47,596 nt of DNA. Source: a virus. Lineage: Duplodnaviria; Caudoviricetes. Shown here in pieces: positions 26,207 to 35,254 of this stretch (position 1 is its first letter; every line of letters begins with the position of its first letter). The DNA is taken from positions 1-47,596 of the IMG/VR virus record IMGVR_UViG_3300030330_005988. One strand, given 5' to 3'. Both the position numbers and the translations under genes were made by a program. The notes under the pieces are model-generated. The model did not search any database and was not told the origin of the DNA. It worked only from the letters and a program-made list of their open reading frames with translations.

Positions 26207-26959
26207 CTAACTTAAAAAGTCGTTCAGCTTTTTGTCTACGGCACTGCCATATTTAGCAGTTTCAGAGGAGGACATTTCGGAGGAGGAATCCGTAGACAGA
26301 TAGTCGTCCAATAGAGCTTGAATTTCTTCAGATGACATACGATTGAATTGTGCTTCGATATCAGGAACGCTATCTAGTAAAGCATCACAGTCAGCGATTG
26401 CATCATCACACAACACGGATGGTCGGCGACGGGGTTTGAGTTGGGTCTTTGGGAAAGACCCGGGGGTACCCGGAACTGTGTAGGTAAGAACCAGATCAGT
26501 TCCGGTCTTGGGGGATGTAATATCACCATAATCTGGGTCGAGTACATATCCAAGGAGTGTCTCGTAAGCCATTTTACCATAGGCCCAAATCTTTACACCA
26601 TCGGTCTCTTGACCTCGGACAATAATTGGTGAATAGTAACGCTTACGAGCAAAGAGTTTTTTTGCAGCATTTTTGGTTTGATCAGAGTTATTATCAACTC
26701 CATCGCGCCACAACTGGGAGGCAAAGTCGCAAATTGGACAATGTTCTCCATAATTTTTCTTAGGGCACAAGATCCCAGGGTTCTTCCCTACATTGTAGTG
26801 AAAGTGGAACTCTTTAAACGGATCACCGTCTTTAGTTGGAAGGATACGAACAGTTTGATCTCCTTCGGATGGACGCCATTTGGTTCCGCTGTTTTTTCCA
26901 GCATTCTTGTTTTGTGAGTTGTTAAGTTTTTGCTTCATTAATTCAATATTAAGTGCCAT
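26207..26959 (-). CDS. Single-stranded DNA-binding protein (T4 gp32-like)
   Basis: VRILP, H...C...CPIC zinc ligands, KRYY, YGDITSPKTGTDL, acidic/Ser-rich tail; near recA. Confidence 0.85.
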   Translation of the reverse strand: MALNIELMKQKLNNSQNKNAGKNSGTKWRPSEGDQTVRILPTKDGDPFKEFHFHYNVGKNPGILCPKKNYGEHCPICDFASQLWRDGVDNNSDQTKNAAKKLFARKRYYSPIIVRGQETDGVKIWAYGKMAYETLLGYVLDPDYGDITSPKTGTDLVLTYTVPGTPGSFPKTQLKPRRRPSVLCDDAIADCDALLDSVPDIEAQFNRMSSEEIQALLDDYLSTDSSSEMSSSETAKYGSAVDKKLNDFLS

Positions 26960-27040
26960 GTTGTTTTCTCCATTAGTTAGGCGATGTTTTTTGTCATCTC
27001 GGACTAAGGTAAGCAGAGTTTTGATCGTGCTCCCATTATT

Positions 27041-27069
27041 AATATAACATATCTTCTTGATACTGTCAA
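27041..27069 (-). promoter_or_regulatory. sigma70-type promoter of the SSB-GHKL-RecA operon
   Basis: TTGACA-17-TATATT. Confidence 0.85.
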
Positions 27070-27070
27070 G

Positions 27071-27103
27071 AAAAACAGGGGAAGTTTTTTACGGAAACTT
27101 CCC
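27071..27103 (-). terminator. Intrinsic terminator
   Basis: GGGAAGTTT-loop-AAACTTCCC-CTGTTTTT. Confidence 0.75.
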
Positions 27104-27129
27104 AAAAACCGCTTCATCCACAGGAGGGC

Positions 27130-27375
27130 TTAGAAGTTAAATGTAGCCTGTGTTTCGGTAACTTCACCTTCGACAGTGTTCCAATTAAATTGGCGGAACT
27201 CACGGCGATCAGTATCAAAGACAACTTCATTGCCGGTTTTTCCTTCAAGGGTACGAATTGTATCTTCATTAACCATTGATGTTGGAAGGTCAGATTTGCG
27301 AATAAATCGCATGTTGCGAGTATTACCATTAAGCTTACGGAAAGTTCCATTATAGATAGTTACAGATTTTGACAT
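27130..27375 (-). CDS. WYL_2/DUF2693-like Sm/SH3 beta-barrel protein
   Basis: GTFRKLNGNTRNM...VVFDTDRREFRQF; AAGGAGG RBS. Confidence 0.7.
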   Translation of the reverse strand: MSKSVTIYNGTFRKLNGNTRNMRFIRKSDLPTSMVNEDTIRTLEGKTGNEVVFDTDRREFRQFNWNTVEGEVTETQATFNF

Positions 27376-27484
27376 ATTTCCTCCTTATTATTATTGAAAT
27401 GTCTATTTTTGACTTTTTCACCGGATCAAGTCAATAACCTCTTTATGTTTGTTGAGTTTGTCATCTCTCGTGTCTTACTCTTAT

Positions 27485-27513
27485 ATTATAACATATTTTG
27501 TTTAGTTTGTCAA
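27485..27513 (-). promoter_or_regulatory. Perfect sigma70 promoter
   Basis: TTGACA-17-TATAAT. Confidence 0.9.
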
Positions 27514-27521
27514 GTATTTTT

Positions 27522-27773
27522 TTACTTTTTTTTGTAAATAAATTTCGGATATCCCTGGACATTTGTCCCAAGGGTATTGTAATTGAACCAATCCCAAGCT
27601 TCTTCATATGACATACCATTTTCAATGAAGCAGTCAATCAAAGCTTCAACATTGTAGATAAGAATATCATTTTCCTTATCATATTCCACAACTGCCTTGT
27701 CTAAGGATGGTGAGGGTTCAAGCTTTACAGCTCTAGTGTCCTCTGGAAGTTTAAATCCATTAATTACAAACAT
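27522..27773 (-). CDS. Phage-type hypothetical protein
   Basis: 83 aa, GMSYEEAWDWFNYNTLG; GGAGG RBS. Confidence 0.75.
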   Translation of the reverse strand: MFVINGFKLPEDTRAVKLEPSPSLDKAVVEYDKENDILIYNVEALIDCFIENGMSYEEAWDWFNYNTLGTNVQGYPKFIYKKK

Positions 27774-27798
27774 GCGTCCTCCATTTGCTTACCTTTAT

Positions 27799-27827
27799 AA
27801 TATAACATGTTATCTCTAACTTGTCAA
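27799..27827 (-). promoter_or_regulatory. sigma70-type promoter
   Basis: TTGACA-17-TATATT. Confidence 0.85.
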
Positions 27828-27836
27828 ATATTTTTT

Positions 27837-28643
27837 TTATTTTTCTTGCAAATAATGTGTGAACCGAATTGCATAATAAAAAGAATGCTCATAGTCAGAT
27901 CTGAATACGACAAAGGAAGAGAGAATATTATTCTCAGTATTTTCTTTTATCATTCCTTTAAGCAGATCCAATAATTCTCTATTGTTTTTCATGTCCTCAT
28001 TGCTTACTATATTAATATAACATGTCTCGGTAACATTGTCAAGCGGAAAATAAACATTTTTTTTGTTTTCGTTAAAATCTCCATATTCAACAGTTCTGAT
28101 GCGTGAAACATCTTTTGCTTCATGATGAGATCCCAACATTGGCTTCTCATTTAAATAAAATATTACATTTTCAAAAACATTGACAATTGCTTCGTTAATA
28201 TTGTCATACATATCTTCAATAGAGTAATATGGTAAAAATGAACAAATCTCTTCATTTGACATAATGTACATGGAATTCAAGAGACCTGATCTTGCATATT
28301 GTTGAAAAACATTAAATGCAATTCTGTTTAATTTTTTTTGCGTGGGAGATAGCATAACTTCTTCGGGGTAAATATAAACCAAATTTATTGTTTTGGATTG
28401 TATCAACTCTAGAAGTCTTAAAGATGCCGCAGATACTTTGCCGGCTCCGCACACAAAGAAGTAACACTCCGGCTCTTCAAAGTCCAAAAGGTGCGCATAA
28501 TCGGTCAGTTTTTGGTCGTAGTCTTCTGGTGAGTTGAACTCTGGGAGTTCCGAACCAGCATCTATGGTTATCTTTTTATAGTTATCAGAAAATCTATTTA
28601 CGATATCACAACCTGCTTTTCCTAGGCCAATTAATACTGTCAT
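27837..28643 (-). CDS. Divergent tubulin/FtsZ-like protein
   Basis: N-terminal LIGLGKAGCDIV (T1 loop), KITID, VCGAGKVS at the signature-loop position, YIMSN, YDNINEAI. Confidence 0.65.
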   Translation of the reverse strand: MTVLIGLGKAGCDIVNRFSDNYKKITIDAGSELPEFNSPEDYDQKLTDYAHLLDFEEPECYFFVCGAGKVSAASLRLLELIQSKTINLVYIYPEEVMLSPTQKKLNRIAFNVFQQYARSGLLNSMYIMSNEEICSFLPYYSIEDMYDNINEAIVNVFENVIFYLNEKPMLGSHHEAKDVSRIRTVEYGDFNENKKNVYFPLDNVTETCYINIVSNEDMKNNRELLDLLKGMIKENTENNILSSFVVFRSDYEHSFYYAIRFTHYLQEK

Positions 28644-29815
28644 ACTTCCTCCATGTCTTTGTAATTTCTGCCGATATGCATTGATGATTTAAAGTGCCCT
28701 AATCTTGTGTCTTCAAATATTTGCCTTATTTGAGTAATTAGATCTCTATCGTGTTTATCTAAATCAATTGTCATTGAATCATGCACAACAGAGTGCACAA
28801 AAGATCTTCTTCCGTTTAAAAATTTGTTTATCTTTATTGCCTGCGCTAGACAGTTATCAGAGGAAGCAGATTGAAGTAAATAATTCAATGCGTGAAAGTC
28901 ATCTGTTTCAATCTTTCTTCCAAAGGGTGTTTTTATTGTATTGTCAATACGATGTTTCACCAAAACATCTTTTCGCTTGTAAATGCTCTCTAATTCTTGA
29001 TTTTTTTTGTTCGGATTATAGAACCATGCGAAGAATTTTTTCTTTGCTTGGTCACGAGAACATTTAAGTATTTTTGCATTAAATTCATGAATATCTTCCT
29101 TAGGTTGGGGTTGACCGGACAGGGACAGAAGTGTTCTTACCTCAGCTCCGTTGAAGTCAAATTGAATGAATGCATCATTCTTTGGCAAAACAATATCCGC
29201 AATATCCTTCTTGAGATTTAATATCGGAAACGAATTTGTTTTTGTGGTTAGACGACCAGTTACAGAACCATAAATATCATAGGAAATGTGGGAAGTTTTA
29301 CCTCCAAAACTCTTCCAAAGTGACTTAGCCTTGTAATCCGTCTTCTGGTAATTAAATAGTAGATCTTGGTTCAAAACTACCGGATTATTGGAAATATCAT
29401 GAACCAATTTGCTGAGGTCTATCATAAACTTGTGATTTGCTGGTTTGGTGTAGTTTTCAAAAACATATTCACATATTTCATTTTTTACTTGACACCAGTG
29501 CAAAAGAGCTTGTTCCGGAATAATATCAAAAAGGCAAATATCTGAGATATTGATTTTAGCAATTGAGGCAGCTTTTACAAAATTCTTAACTTTCTTTTTG
29601 TGGATCTCCAAGCGATCAACGAGATGTTCGGGACAAGCTTCCTCAAGTGATTTTCCGCCACACCAAATCCGAGCATATTCATAATCATCATCTGATAGGT
29701 GAGGAGACCAATCCCAGGTTTTCTCAAAACTTCTTTTAATGTGTCCATAGTAAAATTCTCCATTTGAAAAGAGACCTAGGCAGTCTCGCTTGTCATCTAA
29801 AATTTGAAATATCAT
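28640..29815 (-). CDS. Short family A DNA polymerase (polymerase domain only)
   Basis: VTGRL, PILNL, motif A FDFNGAEVR, motif B RDQAKKKFFAWFY, TPFGR, NYLLQS, motif C VHDS; 391 aa. Confidence 0.88.
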   Translation of the reverse strand: MIFQILDDKRDCLGLFSNGEFYYGHIKRSFEKTWDWSPHLSDDDYEYARIWCGGKSLEEACPEHLVDRLEIHKKKVKNFVKAASIAKINISDICLFDIIPEQALLHWCQVKNEICEYVFENYTKPANHKFMIDLSKLVHDISNNPVVLNQDLLFNYQKTDYKAKSLWKSFGGKTSHISYDIYGSVTGRLTTKTNSFPILNLKKDIADIVLPKNDAFIQFDFNGAEVRTLLSLSGQPQPKEDIHEFNAKILKCSRDQAKKKFFAWFYNPNKKNQELESIYKRKDVLVKHRIDNTIKTPFGRKIETDDFHALNYLLQSASSDNCLAQAIKINKFLNGRRSFVHSVVHDSMTIDLDKHDRDLITQIRQIFEDTRLGHFKSSMHIGRNYKDMEEV

Positions 29816-31068
29816 TAGTATCCTCCGCTTGAACCTCCTAAAATCGTATTCCCGCTGGTTATTCCTTCTTGTAATTCCTGTTGGCGTGTCCTCTCTTGAT
29901 AACGCCTCCAGGAATCATAAGTCCCATACGGTAATTTAAAAATTTCATTTCGGAAGTTACTATCAATATAACCTGTCAACTCATCTTTGTCAAGAGAATT
30001 CATCATATTTTTTAAATATTTTTTTATTCTTAAGACCTCAGCGTCTCCTAGAGGGTATCCGAGCTCACAATTTCTGACATCTAGATAATAATTCATCCAG
30101 TATAGGTCATCAATATCTGTTGTGGATTGTGTTGGTCTATAATAGATTTCTTTTAAAGTACAATTCTTGCTTTTTGATTTTAATACTATCTCATATTGTT
30201 TTTGATCTACTAATAAATTATAATAGTTTATAATATTTCTATATAATAATTTATAATCTATTTTATAAGCTTTATTATAAAATCTTTCTATAAACGCACC
30301 AGAAGTTATCCCGCCATTTCTCCGAGAAAAAGCAGGGGAGCCAATATCCATTATCATAACATACGGACAGTGTTTCCATACATATGCCCCTCTATTCCTA
30401 CAGATATCTTTGTAGAAATCAAACAAAGATGAATTCATAAATTCATCATACTTTGCATTGTCATCATCAAAAGCAATATCAGCAATAGAAACAGCTAGCC
30501 CAGTTGAAAATATTGAATTTTCCGAAGAAACCAACCAGCCTGAAAGTGTTATTGGTTTTTGAGAGTGATTTGTTTTTAAAAATACCAAAAATTCCTTGAC
30601 ATATTGCTCAAAATGTGTTATATTAATAGAGATAGAAGGATTATTAACAATCATTGTGTTGAAATCAGTTAAAATACTTGCCAAATAATTCTTGTAAATT
30701 CCAATAGGAGGCTCATATGCTCTTGTTATTTTCATTTTAGATAAATTAGCATTGTCATTCGCAGATTGACCTAGACTAATTGAGAATTGCATATTTCTTC
30801 TTATGTCTAGATAAATTGCATTTAAACTTTTAAACGCTTTAAACTCGGAAATTGAATTTGTGTTATCTGAAAAGTATCCTATTTCCTCTTGTTTTGGGTA
30901 AATCGCGGAACCATTGGTATCAATTGTTCCATACAAAATATTTTCTAGAAAAAGATGCTCGAAGACTTCTGGTCCTTCTTTTTCATGAGCTTGTGTTAGA
31001 AATTTAGATTTTTCAACAAATAAATCTTTTAAAGACTTCAATCTGTTATTACCATTAAAAATAGACAT
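29815..31068 (-). CDS. Hypothetical protein at the end of the tail/baseplate operon
   Basis: 417 aa, GAGG RBS; position suggests a structural role. Confidence 0.6.
   Translation of the reverse strand: MSIFNGNNRLKSLKDLFVEKSKFLTQAHEKEGPEVFEHLFLENILYGTIDTNGSAIYPKQEEIGYFSDNTNSISEFKAFKSLNAIYLDIRRNMQFSISLGQSANDNANLSKMKITRAYEPPIGIYKNYLASILTDFNTMIVNNPSISINITHFEQYVKEFLVFLKTNHSQKPITLSGWLVSSENSIFSTGLAVSIADIAFDDDNAKYDEFMNSSLFDFYKDICRNRGAYVWKHCPYVMIMDIGSPAFSRRNGGITSGAFIERFYNKAYKIDYKLLYRNIINYYNLLVDQKQYEIVLKSKSKNCTLKEIYYRPTQSTTDIDDLYWMNYYLDVRNCELGYPLGDAEVLRIKKYLKNMMNSLDKDELTGYIDSNFRNEIFKLPYGTYDSWRRYQERTRQQELQEGITSGNTILGGSSGGY
29965..29993 (-). promoter_or_regulatory. Intragenic sigma70 promoter for the polA-like/tubulin pair
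   Basis: TTGACA-17-TATATT with the same GT before the -10; 150 nt upstream of ATG 29815. Confidence 0.75.
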
Positions 31069-31090
31069 AGTGTTTTCCTCTTGTTTCTTA

Positions 31091-34000
31091 TTATTTAATT
31101 ATTATCCCGGACTGATTCTTTAATTGTTCAACAGGTATCATTTTAACCTTCTTTTTATTTCCTGTTTGTCGGTCTATAATTGTACCATCTATAAAAGAGC
31201 TGCCGGAAGCGTTGCCCGCTATTCCTCTCCATGTGCTTAATTTCTTTGGTACATTTCCTCTCCCAGGAACAATATAATAGTATTTTTTACCGTCTTGTAC
31301 AGTTATATTAAGTGCCAAAGCAGCAGCATCAAAGAACACTTCACCTCGTTTCAGAAATCCAACCCTCTGATCTACATATCCTTGTCTAGGTTTGATAACT
31401 TCTGTGACATTTCCCGCGCCCTTGTGATGGTGATCTCTTATTTGTTCTTCATCAAGCTTGTCTTCGATTATTGGTAGTTTTGGGCGACTCTCAGCGGTTT
31501 TTGTGCCACCAGACTCTCCATGATAAATCCAATTAGCAGTTATTGTGGTTTTAACGTTCGTCAATAAACTTCCTGCCATGTTTGCTTCATGAACTACTGA
31601 CTCAACAAGGTGATATCCGCCCATACCCAGCAAATTTGAAACTGAGCCACGAACATTAGGACCGTTGTATAGGTTAGGGTTTACCCACAGCAGGGACCCC
31701 GGAAAAACAGTCATCATAATACAAGATGTGTCGACCTTAACATTGTAAACAGAAGCCAGTTGAGTAAGAGAATTCAAAGATTCAATCTCAAAACGCGCTT
31801 CTCTTTGATATGTACCTTCAGCCTTTGAATATTCAATGGATGTGGTTAAACCTTGAGAGGCACCAAGGGAATCTACGGAATTAATACTGAAAGATGGAAT
31901 ATTTAGTTCTCTCCTGGTTTGAGAATCATATGATAGATCTTTAAAATCGTCATAAACACTTGATTGTTGATAGACAACTAAATAATTACAGTGTTCTGAT
32001 CTTTGCAGATCGGTGCTTTTCAGAAAGAATGGGGCGTATTGACCATCCAACACAGCAACGCTACTATAATTTTGATCTGCAGCCGGAATTGCCTGCATGG
32101 ATCCCAATTCTATCCGAGAAAAAAAATCACTATTTGCATTCATCATGTCCTTATTGTTCTTTTGGGGCTTACTTGCAGCCCTTTGATAAAAAACAGAAAA
32201 ATCTGACTTTGTTCCAAACCTCAAATAAGCCTGCGATCCCTTGGCATAACAAGAGTCAAGAAAAAAACCATTCATTAATTCATTTATTAATTTATTTATC
32301 ATGTGACCCAAAGACATGAAATCCACATCAGCCTCAACAACTTCTCTTTTAATCCAATCGTTAAAAAAATCCACAGCTATTGGAAACCAACTTAAGTTTG
32401 ATACTTTCTCAACATCTATGTCCCAATAGTCATTACCACTTTTCGGCGTTTTTAACACAATTGGGTTGTAACTTGGCAACAAAACCTTAATAGGAAATCT
32501 TTCAAATTCACTTTTCATTTTATCATCCGGAGCGCTTGCGTCTTTGTCGTATATGTTGTCCATCAAGCAGTAAATTAAATCACCAAAATAAAAATAATCT
32601 AGATTGTGTGTAGAGGCAAGATTGTCCTCCTTTATTTCATCTGTTGTGTAATTGCCTACTTTTTTTGGAAAGCCGGCTGGTATTTTGTTTATCTCTTGCA
32701 ACACCTTTTTGGGATTTTTAATTTTTCCATCGACAATATTGCCTAACAAAATCTCTTGAGGTTTGTATTCAAAGCGCCATATCATGTTATTGGTTTGTAA
32801 TTTACTAAATATATTTGTTGCAAATCGCGATTTTTGCGCCTTAACTGTTACACTTTGTGCTTGAGTGAATTCTTTAATGTCGCTAATAACTTCGCCTTTT
32901 TGCTCTCTTGTTGTAATTTCTTTTGCGGATAACTTTCTTATTTGTTTTTCCTCATCTGCTATCAAACCTTGCAACTCTTGCGGTGTTCTTAAAACATCAT
33001 ATTTTGGATCTGCTAAGTGGCTGCGGATGAAACCCTTATAATTAATTGTCAATTCATCGTTTTTTTGATCATCTCCAATTGCGACATTTCTTTTAATTGT
33101 GTGATCTATTAATTTTAAATCTAATATTAAATCGTTTGAAAATATGTAATTTTGTACGCTTGGTTTGTTACTGTTTGTTGTTCCGGCTATTTTTAACGTT
33201 AGTCTGTTGTGATTTCTATAGAATTTTGGACTAAACAGTTTTGCTCCTTTTTGAAATTTTTTAATTTCAATATCATTACCTTGTTCTTCTAAAAATTGAT
33301 ATGTTAATAAATCTAAAACTTTGTAGTCATACTCTATTTCTTGACCTTCATATTTTATTGTTGAAGAATACACTGTCTGGAGATACATCAAATTGGGCAT
33401 TGTTAATTTTATTTCAACATCAACATTTGTTGTCGCTGTGGCTTGATTCTCGCCCATAAATTCTAGTTTAAGAGAGGTGAATTTTATTTGAGAAATAATA
33501 TTTTGATTGTCTCCTAAAATTTCTGTTAATTGTTTTGGTTTCTGTTTGGTAACTTCTGTCGCTTTTCCAAAACCGACTCCATAAGTTGTAACTTGTTTAA
33601 ACTTTCCAAATGTCTTGTCCCTGCGTAGTAAAAAATCAGATTGATTTAACTGCCCAGCAAACATAATTGGCAGTTCAAGTTCCACATCCACACCATTTAC
33701 TTCTTTTTGTCTAACAACGCACAATTCGTAGTTAAAATCAACAGTATTTGCATCTCCAGCACCATAATCTTGTGTGAAATCGTGCAAATCATTTGTGGCA
33801 TTAGCCCAATTCATAAAAGTATTTAATGGATTGGTTGCGTAGCCCATAACCCTTCCGCCATGGGGAGTTTTAGAACTAGTAAGCGTGTTTCTGTAGTCAT
33901 TATGATATTGTTCTCTTCCAATTTTATCAAAAACCGGAACAGCAGATAACAGAATGCATTGCTCTAGTTTTTTGTAGATATCTCCATCGGGTGTTCCACT

Positions 34001-35248
34001 GCCGGCATTTGCGTTGGAGTTGGCATTGGCATTCCTTTGGCGTTGATCCTTGGCCTCTTTTTGCAGAATTTGTTTGAGCTGATTAGCGTTCCCCGGGGAT
34101 TCATTTCTCCCCTTCCCAAGATTCCAACCACCATCTTCTACTTCAAAGGCAGGGCTCCCAATACCACCATCCAACAAACCCGGCTGATCTTGTAAACTTC
34201 GGTAAATATGCAAATGATCATCGTCTTGTATTGCGATGCCAAAAAATGCATTAGAAATTGAAGCAGCTAACTTATGGGTAACTATAAGTTTTCCCGGCGC
34301 AGCGCCCACAACATATTCTCCATTTTTAAAATCTCCATTATTCCATACATATCCAATTTCTAGCAGATATCCTGCCGAGTTCAGCCCCATAGCCGATTCT
34401 ATTGTTATTGGGTTATTTCTTGCGCCTAAATTAAACAAAAGAGTACTGCTTGATGGTAGACCTGAACTGTATACGGCTGGCTGGGTGACGCTGGAGCCAG
34501 CTTGGGTAGTTTGTCCCCAATTACCAGTATCATGCCATTTATTTCGGCTTTCATAATCTTCAACGTAAGAAAATATCTCGCCCCTACTAAGGCTCATACT
34601 ACCCAATGGCCACTGCATGTAGTTTGTGAAAGATGTTTTTCTCACTGGGTGAAAAGGTTGAGCATTCACAAGCGAATTGTTGGAATCAATTGTTAATTTA
34701 TAAACGCCCTTGCCGGTATTATCACTGGGCACTCGCTGCTGGGCAAACATAAGCCAAAAAATTATTTCTTTTTTTTGTTCTTTGGTGAATGAGTTCCAAG
34801 AGTCGGCTGGGGTAATTGACAATCCACTGTAAACTTCATGCATTGCTTTCATGTCTGGCCCGTATCCAAAAGTGGTTTCAAACCATGTCCCATCTAAGCT
34901 ATCATATGGGGTGTTACTCCACGGAGCAGGCATGGCTTTATCCCAATAATTTCTGACAAAATCCTCAGAAATGGCTCCCGCAAACGGTAGGTTTCCGTCT
35001 AGACGTACTTGTTCTTCAAGCGCCACTACTCTTAACAACCATGGGTGGTATTTTTTTGGATCAACAATTGCAGCCGGCTCGGTGATCTGATCGTTTCTCC
35101 AGAATTTGTGAGACGTACCAACTACGACACCTATCTCATAACCTAGATAGGCGCGCGGACTTGGTTGTTGTCCACTTTGACAGCCACCTTCAAACCATTT
35201 GTAAACAGAAGAATATTCATATTTTGATAATTTTGGTAGTGTTGCCAT
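31091..35248 (-). CDS. Large baseplate hub / tail-associated protein
   Basis: 1385 aa following the LysM protein; late segment VFPGSLLWV...LGMGGYHLVESVVHE resembles gp27/VgrG-type hub ends. Confidence 0.55.
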   Translation of the reverse strand: MATLPKLSKYEYSSVYKWFEGGCQSGQQPSPRAYLGYEIGVVVGTSHKFWRNDQITEPAAIVDPKKYHPWLLRVVALEEQVRLDGNLPFAGAISEDFVRNYWDKAMPAPWSNTPYDSLDGTWFETTFGYGPDMKAMHEVYSGLSITPADSWNSFTKEQKKEIIFWLMFAQQRVPSDNTGKGVYKLTIDSNNSLVNAQPFHPVRKTSFTNYMQWPLGSMSLSRGEIFSYVEDYESRNKWHDTGNWGQTTQAGSSVTQPAVYSSGLPSSSTLLFNLGARNNPITIESAMGLNSAGYLLEIGYVWNNGDFKNGEYVVGAAPGKLIVTHKLAASISNAFFGIAIQDDDHLHIYRSLQDQPGLLDGGIGSPAFEVEDGGWNLGKGRNESPGNANQLKQILQKEAKDQRQRNANANSNANAGSGTPDGDIYKKLEQCILLSAVPVFDKIGREQYHNDYRNTLTSSKTPHGGRVMGYATNPLNTFMNWANATNDLHDFTQDYGAGDANTVDFNYELCVVRQKEVNGVDVELELPIMFAGQLNQSDFLLRRDKTFGKFKQVTTYGVGFGKATEVTKQKPKQLTEILGDNQNIISQIKFTSLKLEFMGENQATATTNVDVEIKLTMPNLMYLQTVYSSTIKYEGQEIEYDYKVLDLLTYQFLEEQGNDIEIKKFQKGAKLFSPKFYRNHNRLTLKIAGTTNSNKPSVQNYIFSNDLILDLKLIDHTIKRNVAIGDDQKNDELTINYKGFIRSHLADPKYDVLRTPQELQGLIADEEKQIRKLSAKEITTREQKGEVISDIKEFTQAQSVTVKAQKSRFATNIFSKLQTNNMIWRFEYKPQEILLGNIVDGKIKNPKKVLQEINKIPAGFPKKVGNYTTDEIKEDNLASTHNLDYFYFGDLIYCLMDNIYDKDASAPDDKMKSEFERFPIKVLLPSYNPIVLKTPKSGNDYWDIDVEKVSNLSWFPIAVDFFNDWIKREVVEADVDFMSLGHMINKLINELMNGFFLDSCYAKGSQAYLRFGTKSDFSVFYQRAASKPQKNNKDMMNANSDFFSRIELGSMQAIPAADQNYSSVAVLDGQYAPFFLKSTDLQRSEHCNYLVVYQQSSVYDDFKDLSYDSQTRRELNIPSFSINSVDSLGASQGLTTSIEYSKAEGTYQREARFEIESLNSLTQLASVYNVKVDTSCIMMTVFPGSLLWVNPNLYNGPNVRGSVSNLLGMGGYHLVESVVHEANMAGSLLTNVKTTITANWIYHGESGGTKTAESRPKLPIIEDKLDEEQIRDHHHKGAGNVTEVIKPRQGYVDQRVGFLKRGEVFFDAAALALNITVQDGKKYYYIVPGRGNVPKKLSTWRGIAGNASGSSFIDGTIIDRQTGNKKKVKMIPVEQLKNQSGIIIK

Positions 35249-35254
35249 GATCTC

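Noticed and set aside
26090-26209. Readthrough of the SSB amber stop to fuse with the GHKL ATPase
   Set aside because: The distance to the ATG is 140 nt (out of frame) and another TAG is reached first.
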